DNA of 64,000 nucleotides, taken from contig OZ242005.1 in NCBI GenBank assembly GCA_965204725.1, positions 3,488,001 to 3,552,000 on the forward strand, read 5' to 3'. The stretch is from Candidatus Latescibacterota bacterium (GTDB lineage: Bacteria; Latescibacterota; UBA2968; UBA8231). The position numbers and the translations under genes are program-made. Under the pieces are notes generated by a model. That model was not told the origin of the DNA. It ran no database searches and saw only the letters and a list, made by a program, of their open reading frames with translations. This document shows positions 55,969 to 64,000 of the stretch, piece by piece (position 1 is the first letter of the stretch; every line of letters begins with the position of its first letter).

Positions 55969-57714
55969 CTATGCTTTCCAATTGAGACGATCATCTTTCT
56001 CTCTTGTTCGATGTAGTTCTTTTCGACGTGTTCGCATAGCACCTGCCTCATCAATTTCTTTTCCAAGCGTCAAAAGATGAGCTTGGCGAAGCCACCAAAA
56101 CGCCTCAAATAGGGGACGACGCGGCGATGCACCGCGCTCTAAATTCGGTTTTCTCCGGTCTATATGCCGAATCTGCCTGTGTGCTCTTTTAGCCAATTTT
56201 CGGCACTCTTCATCGGGATCATTTTTAGAGAGCCAAAACAGTGTTCTATGAGCCCTTCCGCCGGGATTAACGCGCAGTGCCGTCAACGCCTGCACGTAGC
56301 ACTGCCGCCATACAGGCCGCGGTTCTACAAACTCTTCACGATTAGCATTTGTATCGTTTTTTTGGGTTTTGAGTCGTCCAAGGCAAAACTTGGCGAGCTC
56401 TTCACGCAAATCCTGCAACTGCGGGTCTCGGTCCAGTTCTGCCCGCAGGTTCTGAGGATACATGGCGATTTCGATCCACAGAGGTATTTCACTATACGGA
56501 TGAGGAGGGGCCTCTCTTCCAAGTTCGCCCCAAGGGCGAAGATCGGATGTAACGGCCGGCACGTTCATCTCCGTAAAGGCCAGCAATAAAGGCTTCAGGC
56601 GTTTCCACGGGTCGGCAAAAATTAGCAAAATATCAAAAGCCTTTCTGTAAAAATCGGACACTTCTCCTATCGAATTTTTCTCCTCAAAGGCTTTTGGGCT
56701 ATCCCGTAACACCGCCCGCAACATTCCTATATGCCTAGCGGCACTTTCGATAAGCCGACTTCTCAATTCTGGAGAGAGTTCGGATTCCAACCCGCCCATG
56801 CTACTGCTGTAAATTATCTTGGCTAATCGCCACCAAGCTTTAGTCAATGAGGAGCATTCCTGATTCGACTCTGGTGCTTTCGCTTCCAGAAGTTCCAAAA
56901 ATGGAATTAATTCACGTGCAACAATCCGCCATCCGTCATTCAGGGAATCTAAACCGGCCACATTCAAGGCATAACCAATAGCATTCAGAAGTCCGAGAAT
57001 CTCATCTCCTAAAACACCTTCTGGAACATCAGAAAAATGTTCCAATAACGTGTCCAAGCGGATTGTGCCGTGATGGTCTGTGCCTGAACGAAATCGCTGG
57101 ATTAACCAGAATTCGAGCTGTTTGGGATCTTCAAAATCACTGCTGGACCAGCTTCGTTGAATGGGACTCAAGAGATCAAAATCAACGACCTGCACTAAGG
57201 GCATACCATTTGGAAAAAGAAATCGAAGCAAATCATCAAGTTTATGAATAGACGACTTTAGTCTGTTCCAATCCAAACGCTCAGCGCAAAAATTTGCATG
57301 CTCTTGAAACTCGTCAGCCCATTGCGGAATATCCCAGACGCCGTCCGATCTCACAGGCTTAGGATTGGACTGGATCGTCTCACCTAAATACACAGGTCCA
57401 AAGCCAAGCATAGTGCTAAAAAGAAACGCCAAGCGGGTTTGACGATCTTTCTCAACCTGAACTTGTCCTTCTAAGTCTTTCAAGATGCTAGGCAGGACGT
57501 ATTCAAAACTGTCCTCAAAACCTTCTTTGAAGATAGAGGCACTATTAGAATCAGAGTTGCCAAAACAGTCGGGACGTTCAAAGACTTGTACTAGCCATCC
57601 CTGATCCGCCTCGCAGAAACCAGCATCTTGAAGGTGCTGTTTCAGTTCTTCTGAGTAAGAAAAATCTTTTGAAGGAAATACGAGACCGTTCCGGCCATTT
57701 TCAGCTTTGCTCAT
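55969..57714 (-). CDS. Hypothetical ~580-aa mostly helical protein
   Basis: Long ORF in AT-richer DNA; no motif recognised; HEAT-like segment near the C-terminus; start uncertain (57714 or 57744). Confidence 0.7.
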   Translation of the reverse strand: MSKAENGRNGLVFPSKDFSYSEELKQHLQDAGFCEADQGWLVQVFERPDCFGNSDSNSASIFKEGFEDSFEYVLPSILKDLEGQVQVEKDRQTRLAFLFSTMLGFGPVYLGETIQSNPKPVRSDGVWDIPQWADEFQEHANFCAERLDWNRLKSSIHKLDDLLRFLFPNGMPLVQVVDFDLLSPIQRSWSSSDFEDPKQLEFWLIQRFRSGTDHHGTIRLDTLLEHFSDVPEGVLGDEILGLLNAIGYALNVAGLDSLNDGWRIVARELIPFLELLEAKAPESNQECSSLTKAWWRLAKIIYSSSMGGLESELSPELRSRLIESAARHIGMLRAVLRDSPKAFEEKNSIGEVSDFYRKAFDILLIFADPWKRLKPLLLAFTEMNVPAVTSDLRPWGELGREAPPHPYSEIPLWIEIAMYPQNLRAELDRDPQLQDLREELAKFCLGRLKTQKNDTNANREEFVEPRPVWRQCYVQALTALRVNPGGRAHRTLFWLSKNDPDEECRKLAKRAHRQIRHIDRRKPNLERGASPRRPLFEAFWWLRQAHLLTLGKEIDEAGAMRTRRKELHRTREKDDRLNWKA

Positions 57715-58041
57715 GCTACACTCCAAGCTATATCCTGTGGACAATCTGGGTAAAACCCAAATTGCGAACCCGTCGGATTCCCGACCGAAGGACTATCAGG
57801 AACGGAAGAGATGCAAAAGGCATCAAAGCAACGAGGTTCTCATCTGCCTAAAACTTTTCCTATCCTGTGATCCTTGTCAACCCCTAACGATTTTTTTGTT
57901 AAGCCAAAACAGTCTCATAAATATCTGAGGCTATCAGGGGCAGACCGGACACCGGCCCTCCTGCGTTCACCTGCGACTTTGCCTTCGTGCCGCCGCCTGT
58001 ACTGCATATATAACACCCCTACCAACGAAATGTGTCACCTC

Positions 58042-61000
58042 TCACCAGCGAGCGCGCTTAAACCGCAGCTTCCACTCCTCAACCGCGCAGTAGAGCACCG
58101 GCACAATCGGCGCAGTTAGCACCACCGCAATCATGCCGCCGAAGGTGGGAATGGCCATCGGCAGCATGAGGTCTGCGCCGCGTCCACTCGCCGTCAGCAC
58201 GGGGATCAGCGCCAAGATCGTAGTGGCCGCAGTCATCAGACAGGGGCGGATGCGCCGCACCCCAGCGGCGAGCGCGGCGCGACGCATCGCCTCGACAGTC
58301 GCTGGTTTTTGCGCCCTAAAGACTTGGCCCAGATAGGTCGCCGCGATCACGCCGTTGTCCGAGGCAATGCCAAACAGCGCGAGAAAACCCACCCACACGG
58401 CCACGCTCAAGTTCAAAGGACGGATGTGGAAGAGGGCGCGCATCTCCGTGCCGAAGACGGAGCAATCCAAAAACCATTCCTGCCCGTAGAGCCACAGCAT
58501 GGCAAAGCCGCCAGCCCACGCCACCGCAACCCCGGAAAAGACCATCAGAGCCGTGACCGCGTTGCCAAACTGGAAATAGAGAATGAGGAAAATTGTCGCC
58601 AGCGCGAGCGGCAGCAGCACGTTGAGCTTCTTCTGCGCCCGCAGTTGGTTTTCGTAACTACCGGCGAAGGTATAGCTGACGCCGGTCTCCAGCACGAGAT
58701 CGCCGCTGGCCCTTTTGCTGGCCAAATGCGCTCGGCATGCTTCCACCACATCGACCTCGGCGTACCCCGGCTTTTTGTCGAAGAGCACATAGCCGAGCAA
58801 AAACGTATCCTCGCTCTTGATGACCTGAGGGCCGCGTACGTAGCGAATCTCGGCCAGCTCGCCCAAGGGGATCTGCGCCCCGTCCGGCGCGGGCACCAAA
58901 ATTCGCACCAGTTCCTCGACGCTGTCGCGCAACTCTCGCAGGTAGCGCACTCGCACTGGGTAGCGCTCGCGGCCTTCCACCGTGGTGGTGACCCGCTTGC
59001 CCCCGATGGCGATCTCAATTACGTCCTGCACCTTTTGCAGGGGGATGCCGTGGCGGGCAATGGCCTCGCGGTCAATGTGGATCTCCAAGTAGGGCTTGCC
59101 GATGATGCGGTCGGCGTTGACGGTCGCCGCCTCAACCGCGGGCACTTCCTTGAGCAAGCGCTCCAGCACCAAGCCGGCGCGCTCAATGGCCTCCAAGCTA
59201 GGGCCTTTGATCTCAATGCCCATTGGGGCGCGCATTCCGCTCTGCAACATGACGAGCCGCGCGGCAATCGGCTGCAACTTCGGCGCCGAAGTAGAGCCGG
59301 GAATCTGGCCGGCCCGGGCGATCGCCGCCCATATATCGTCGGGGCCTTGGATGCCCGGCCACGCCGCCCGGCCCGGATTGAGCGCGAGATCCAAGGGCGG
59401 ACGCCACAAGCGGAAGGGCCGCCCATCGGCGTTGGGCACGAGGCGGCCGGCCTCGTCGCGCAGGTAGCGGCCCGGCACCGTGTAGGGCGCGCCATCCGGG
59501 GCGGGCGCGGGCGTACCATCCGGGGCGCGAAACAGGTCTGGGACGCGCTCGTCAAAAGCGAATAGCAGGCGGCGGCCGGCCTCGTCGGTGAGGTATTCCG
59601 CACGATAGTTGACGATAGTCTCAATCATGGAAATCGGTGCGGGGTCCAGCGGGGTCTCCGCCCGCCCGAGCTTGCCCACTGCGGACTCCACTTCTGGTAT
59701 CTGCGCAATGGCCGCGTTTTGCTTTTGCAGGACGTCGAGCACCTCGCCGATGGAGGCGTGGGGCATGGTCGTCGGCATCCACAGGAAAGAACCTTCGTCG
59801 AGGGGGGGCATAAACTCTTTGCCCAACCCGGGCAGCGCCTCGGCGAGGGCCATAAAGGGCGCTGTGTTGCGTAGGGAGGGCGGCACGACGCCGAAGACGC
59901 GGGCAAAACCCAGCCACGCGGACGCCCCGGCCAGCAGCAGCAACAAGGGGAAGAGCAGGGCCAAGCCCTTGTGATCCAAGCACCACCGCAGCACGCGGGG
60001 GAACGCGACTTGCAAGACGCGAAAAAGGGCCAACAGGCCGCCGATCAATCCGGCAGCAAAGAGAAAGTTGCGCCATCCGCCCTTTTCCGGGCCGAGGGGC
60101 AACCAGTGTTCGGCCAACACGACTACTACTCCGCAGGCCGCGGCGGCAATGGCCCCTCGCGCCACCCACAAGCGCACTCGCTCTGGTACGCGGGCGGCGA
60201 GTAGGTGATACGTCCCAATGGCTATCAGCAGCAGGCCGATCCACTTCGACAGAACCAAGGCTACCCCGAGGCCACAGACAGCCCAAAGGCCGGGTGCCCA
60301 ACGACTCAGACGCACGGCAAACGCGCAGTGCGCCAAGGCCGGCAAAACCGTCAGCGACAGCCACACCGCGGCCAACAGCGCAAAGGTCTTGGTAAAGGCC
60401 AGCGGCGCGAAGAGCTTGCCCTCGGCCCCTTCCATGGCAAAGACGGGCAAAAAGCCCACTACCGTGGTGAGCACGGCCGTCAGCACGGCTCCGCCGACCT
60501 CGCGCGTGGCGCGGAATACCACTTCCAAGCGGTCGTCCTCTGCGTCGGCATCCTCTAAGTGCTTGAGGATGTTCTCGCTGATGACGATGCCCATATCGAC
60601 CATGGTGCCGATGGCAATGGCAATGCCGGAGAGGGCGACTATATTGGCTTCCACGCCAAAGACCTTCATGGCGGCGAAGCAGGCGAGCACGGCCAGCGGC
60701 AACAGCCCAGAGACCAGCGCGGCCCCGCGCAGATTCATCACCAGCACCAAGACCACGATCACCGTTACCAACACTTCCTCGCTCAGCGCACGCTCCAGCG
60801 TGCCCAAGGTCTCCTCAATCAAGCCGGATCGATCGTAAAAGGGAATCACTTGTACTTGGCTGACCCGCCCGTCGGGCAGGGTTTTCTGGGGCAAACTCGG
60901 GGCGATTTCCGCGATCTTGGCTTTAACGCTCTCAATGGCTGCTAGGGGGTTGGTGCCAAAGCGCGCCACCACCACGCCGCCGACCACCTCGGCGCCTTCC

Positions 61001-61902
61001 TTGTCCAACGCGCCGCGCCGCAGGGCCGGCCCTAGCGCGACCCGCGCGACGTTTTTGACGTAAATCGGGACGTTGTTCCGCGCTTTAATGACGGCGTTTT
61101 CAAGGTCGGCTAGTCCTTTGACAAAGCCGATGCCGCGGATGACGTACTCGGCTCGATTCAACTCGACCGTGCGCGCCCCCACGTCTCGGTTGGACATGCG
61201 CACCGCGTGGAAGACCTCGTCGAGCTGCACCCCATAGGCGCGCAGCGCGTCTGGGTTGACGTCGATTTGGTATTCCTGCACGAACCCGCCCACGGACGCC
61301 ACTTCGCTGACCCCCTCGGCCGCCAACAGAGCATAGCGCACCTGCCAGTCCTGAATGCGGCGCAGCTCGTGCAGATCCCAGCCGCCGGTGGGCGCGCCCT
61401 GTTCGTCGCGGCCTTCTAAGGTGTACCAGAACACTTGCCCCAAGGCCGTTGCGTCCGGTCCTAGGGCCGGCTGGACGCCCTCGGGCAGGAGGCCGGCCGA
61501 CAGGCTGTTGAGTTTCTCGAGGATGCGGGAACGCGACCAATAAAAATCAACCTCTTCGGCAAAAATTACATAAATGCTCGAAAAGCCAAACATCGAGAAG
61601 CTGCGGATCGTCTCGACGCCCGGGACGCCCAAAAGCGCCGTGGTCAGCGGGTAGGTCACCTGATCTTCCACGTCTTGCGGCGAGCGACCCGGCCACTCGC
61701 TGAAGACGATCTGTTGGTTCTCGCCGATGTCTGGAATCGCATCTACGGGCACGGGGTCGCGCGGCAGCCATGCCAGTTCCCAAGTAAAGGGGGCGACCGC
61801 AAGGCCCCAAGCCACGAGGCCGACCAACATGAGCGCGGCGACCAATTTGCGCGTGAGAAAGAAGCGCACCACGCGGTCGAGCAGCGAGTTTTGCCCTGCC
61901 AT
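58042..61902 (-). CDS. cusA: CusA/CzcA heavy-metal RND permease (long form)
   Basis: VDAIPDIGENQ, WPGRSPQ.VE.QVTYPL, LGPDAT, GTMVD, F.PLAFTKT, EFMPPLDEG, WVGF.ALFG.A, RIRPCLMT. Confidence 0.93.
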   Translation of the reverse strand: MAGQNSLLDRVVRFFLTRKLVAALMLVGLVAWGLAVAPFTWELAWLPRDPVPVDAIPDIGENQQIVFSEWPGRSPQDVEDQVTYPLTTALLGVPGVETIRSFSMFGFSSIYVIFAEEVDFYWSRSRILEKLNSLSAGLLPEGVQPALGPDATALGQVFWYTLEGRDEQGAPTGGWDLHELRRIQDWQVRYALLAAEGVSEVASVGGFVQEYQIDVNPDALRAYGVQLDEVFHAVRMSNRDVGARTVELNRAEYVIRGIGFVKGLADLENAVIKARNNVPIYVKNVARVALGPALRRGALDKEGAEVVGGVVVARFGTNPLAAIESVKAKIAEIAPSLPQKTLPDGRVSQVQVIPFYDRSGLIEETLGTLERALSEEVLVTVIVVLVLVMNLRGAALVSGLLPLAVLACFAAMKVFGVEANIVALSGIAIAIGTMVDMGIVISENILKHLEDADAEDDRLEVVFRATREVGGAVLTAVLTTVVGFLPVFAMEGAEGKLFAPLAFTKTFALLAAVWLSLTVLPALAHCAFAVRLSRWAPGLWAVCGLGVALVLSKWIGLLLIAIGTYHLLAARVPERVRLWVARGAIAAAACGVVVVLAEHWLPLGPEKGGWRNFLFAAGLIGGLLALFRVLQVAFPRVLRWCLDHKGLALLFPLLLLLAGASAWLGFARVFGVVPPSLRNTAPFMALAEALPGLGKEFMPPLDEGSFLWMPTTMPHASIGEVLDVLQKQNAAIAQIPEVESAVGKLGRAETPLDPAPISMIETIVNYRAEYLTDEAGRRLLFAFDERVPDLFRAPDGTPAPAPDGAPYTVPGRYLRDEAGRLVPNADGRPFRLWRPPLDLALNPGRAAWPGIQGPDDIWAAIARAGQIPGSTSAPKLQPIAARLVMLQSGMRAPMGIEIKGPSLEAIERAGLVLERLLKEVPAVEAATVNADRIIGKPYLEIHIDREAIARHGIPLQKVQDVIEIAIGGKRVTTTVEGRERYPVRVRYLRELRDSVEELVRILVPAPDGAQIPLGELAEIRYVRGPQVIKSEDTFLLGYVLFDKKPGYAEVDVVEACRAHLASKRASGDLVLETGVSYTFAGSYENQLRAQKKLNVLLPLALATIFLILYFQFGNAVTALMVFSGVAVAWAGGFAMLWLYGQEWFLDCSVFGTEMRALFHIRPLNLSVAVWVGFLALFGIASDNGVIAATYLGQVFRAQKPATVEAMRRAALAAGVRRIRPCLMTAATTILALIPVLTASGRGADLMLPMAIPTFGGMIAVVLTAPIVPVLYCAVEEWKLRFKRARW
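58059..58280 (-). repeat. Intact-gene copy of the cusA 3' duplication, right island boundary
   Basis: Matches 53717-53938. Confidence 0.95.
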
Positions 61903-63353
61903 CAGTGGCCTCCGTGGTGGTGCTCGGGCGCGGAGGACGCGCTGCCTGCTGGATACATCGCACTGGGCTGGGCGCGAATCTGGAGGGCGCTGTCAATTTT
62001 GAACGCGCCGTTGACTACGACTTGCTCGCCCTCGCGCAGGCCCTCGCGAACCAAGTAGTAATCCCCCGCCCGCGGCCCGAGCACGACCTCGCGGCCCTCG
62101 TATAGGCCCTCGCCGAGCGCGACGTACACCACGGCGCGTTTGCCCGTCAGCAGCGGCACCGAAGCGGGCACCACCAGCGGCTGCTCGCGCCCCGTCTCAT
62201 CGCCAGTGCCATAGCCTAGCTCTTCGGCGCGGACTAGATCCATGCCGCAAATGTCGCAGGTGCCCGGCTCGTCGCGGACGATTTCTGGATGCATCGGGCT
62301 GATCCATTTGCCAACGAGGGCGGCAGACAGGGCGCGCCCGTTGGCCCCCACCTCGGCTTGGGCCACGGCCCACACCAGCATCCCCGGCTTCAGCCGACCT
62401 TGCTCGTTGGCCACGTTGACCCGCACGCGCACCGTGCGCGTGCGCTCGTCAAGCACTGGATCGACGAAGGATATTTGGCCGGTGAACACCTCGCCCGGAT
62501 AGGCTTGGGTTGAAAATTCGACGGCCTGACCGTAGTGGATCCAAGACAGGTCCGACTCGTAGGCGCGCAGCTCTAGCCACAGCCGCGACAAGTCCGCGAT
62601 GGTGTAAATCGGCGTCCCGGTCTGCACGTACGCGCCCTCGCTGAGATGCTTTTCGATGACCACGCCGCCAGTGGGCGCGTAGATCGTCAGATGGTCGGAG
62701 GCGCGGCCGGTGTGCTCAACGCGCTCGATTTGCTCCTCCTTCAGCCCGAGCAAGCGCAGCTTTTCGCGCGCGGCCGCAACCAGCACCGGCTGCCCAACCG
62801 CCGCGCCGCTGTCAACCAATCGCTCGCGGGCGCGCAGGGCCTGAATAAGCTCCTCTTGGGCGGTCAACAACTCAGGACTGTACAGATAGGCTATGTGGTC
62901 GCCCTCTTCGACTCGCACGCCCGTATAGTCCACGTACAGCCGGTCGATCCGGCCCGCTACCCAAGCGGTGATGGAGCGAACTTGCGTCTCATCAACCGCG
63001 ATCTTGCCGACCATCCGCGTCTCGACCGGCGCGGCGCGGCGCTCGACCGGCGCGGTCTGGATGCTGGCAAGCTGCTCGGCGGCCGGCGAGAGGCGCGACT
63101 GGCGCGGCCCCAAGGAGTCGCCAACCTCGGGCGCGGTCACTCGGATTAGGTCCATCCCGCAGATTGGGCACTGACTCGGCCCGGGCTGGCGGATCTGCGG
63201 GTGCATTGAGCAGGTCCACGTTTCGGCCTGCTCGGCAACGGCCGCTGGGGCGCGGTCGCTCGGTGTATCCGAGCCGCCCAAACCCCAGCCCACGGCCAAG
63301 CCGACGATCCCGGCCGCGATGCCGGTCGCTATTATTTGCTTTGTCGCTTTCAT
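61902..63353 (-). CDS. cusB: CusB-type RND membrane fusion protein with two heavy-metal-binding domains
   Basis: WTCSMHPQI...CPICGMDL, YSPEL..AQ.E, LKPGM, second SPMHP...CDICGMDL, His-rich tail. Confidence 0.92.
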   Translation of the reverse strand: MKATKQIIATGIAAGIVGLAVGWGLGGSDTPSDRAPAAVAEQAETWTCSMHPQIRQPGPSQCPICGMDLIRVTAPEVGDSLGPRQSRLSPAAEQLASIQTAPVERRAAPVETRMVGKIAVDETQVRSITAWVAGRIDRLYVDYTGVRVEEGDHIAYLYSPELLTAQEELIQALRARERLVDSGAAVGQPVLVAAAREKLRLLGLKEEQIERVEHTGRASDHLTIYAPTGGVVIEKHLSEGAYVQTGTPIYTIADLSRLWLELRAYESDLSWIHYGQAVEFSTQAYPGEVFTGQISFVDPVLDERTRTVRVRVNVANEQGRLKPGMLVWAVAQAEVGANGRALSAALVGKWISPMHPEIVRDEPGTCDICGMDLVRAEELGYGTGDETGREQPLVVPASVPLLTGKRAVVYVALGEGLYEGREVVLGPRAGDYYLVREGLREGEQVVVNGAFKIDSALQIRAQPSAMYPAGSASSAPEHHHGGH

Positions 63354-64000
63354 GGTTGGATTTCCTCTGTGGTTGCAAGCTCGCCGACCAGCTTTTCAAT
63401 CTCGGCCCAATGCAGGGCTTGGTCGGTGTGTGCGCGTTCGTACGCGAGCTGGAACGCGAGCAGGGTGCGTTGGGCGTCGATGACCGCGAGAAAATCGCTG
63501 CGGCCAGCGGCAAAGGCGCGTTGCGTTACGCTGAGCATAAGCTCGGCCTTGGGCAGCAGGCTGTCTTGGTAGAGCGCCCTGCGACTTTGGGCGTCGCGCT
63601 GCTTGTACAAGGCCAACTCTAGCTCGGCAACGAGCCTATTCTCCTCGTCCGCAAGGCCCTGCAAAGCGGCTTGATGGCTCAGCTTAGCCGCACGTTTTCC
63701 CTCCTCGTAGGCCGAGCGCCACAAGGGCAGGTTGACCGTCGCCATGGCGATCAGGGGATTCTCGCCGCGGTCACCGATGTGGATGTAATCGAGACTCACG
63801 GTCAAGTTTGGGTAGAACCGCTTGCCGGCCAATTCAACGCCTAGGGACTGCGCCCGCGCTTGCGCTTGCCGCGCTTGCCGCGTTGGGTTTGCGGCCAGCA
63901 AGCGGCCCTTTAGCTCTTCCTCGTCGAGGGCCAACGCGGCCATGGGCAGCGAGTCGGGCACGGCTATCGGGGCGGTCGCCGCGCGGCCGAGTGCCGCATT
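63350..64000 (-). CDS. TolC/CusC-family outer-membrane efflux factor, 5' end outside window
   Basis: Frame open to the window edge; A.P, YP.L, NLPLW, G..DFL.VIDAQR.L; overlaps cusB start. Confidence 0.85.
   Translation of the reverse strand, partial: NAALGRAATAPIAVPDSLPMAALALDEEELKGRLLAANPTRQARQAQARAQSLGVELAGKRFYPNLTVSLDYIHIGDRGENPLIAMATVNLPLWRSAYEEGKRAAKLSHQAALQGLADEENRLVAELELALYKQRDAQSRRALYQDSLLPKAELMLSVTQRAFAAGRSDFLAVIDAQRTLLAFQLAYERAHTDQALHWAEIEKLVGELATTEEIQP

Larger units (their letters stand above)
53939..58058. mobile_element. Genomic islet bounded by the cusA 3' duplication
   Basis: Flanked by 222-bp direct repeats, visibly more AT-rich than the flanks, three co-oriented cargo genes, no integrase. 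Confidence 0.65.

Noticed and set aside
57745-58041. Integrase remnant or structured RNA at the islet end
   Set aside because: No recombinase motif or convincing structure seen; only a possible TTGACA on the minus strand
53717-58280. cusA repeat pair as a diversity-generating retroelement TR/VR
   Set aside because: Substitutions are not adenine-specific, are mostly synonymous, and no reverse transcriptase is present in the window

Overview
GC-rich diderm bacterial chromosome segment. Gene content suggests an FCB-group lineage such as Latescibacterota/Gemmatimonadota, possibly host- or sponge-associated; this is inference only. No rRNA, tRNA, CRISPR array or intact transposase/integrase was seen. 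1-19 kb: core and envelope genes (IlvD/Edd dehydratase, hydroxyacyl-CoA dehydrogenase, NlpC/P60, GT-C glycosyltransferase, peptidase-PD40-Omp85 fusion, FadL/PorV-like barrel, tsaE, PorX-like regulator plus histidine kinase, bactofilin, 2-phosphoglycerate-kinase-like protein, epimerase, glk). 19.3-20.8 kb: tandem array of three small membrane-anchored coiled-coil genes of variable stalk length, with duplicated promoter/hairpin cassettes. Then a SelA-like gene, glyA and xylulokinase. 25-41 kb: co-oriented cluster of uncharacterised exported proteins (parvulin, protein with C-terminal VExxSWxxIK motif, lipoprotein, three paralogous FlgD/CHU_C-tailed proteins, large putative barrel, CRTAC1, TPR), a candidate surface-display/secretion system. 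42-64 kb: decayed AlbA-type gene abutting higBA, Tm-1-like/cupin operon, CopA with a temptin-like CxxCH protein, Rieske protein, AAA ATPase, and cusCBA. The cusA 3' end is duplicated (222 bp) around an integrase-less ~4.1 kb island carrying a beta-CASP nuclease, a 56-aa protein missed by the ORF track and a large unknown protein.
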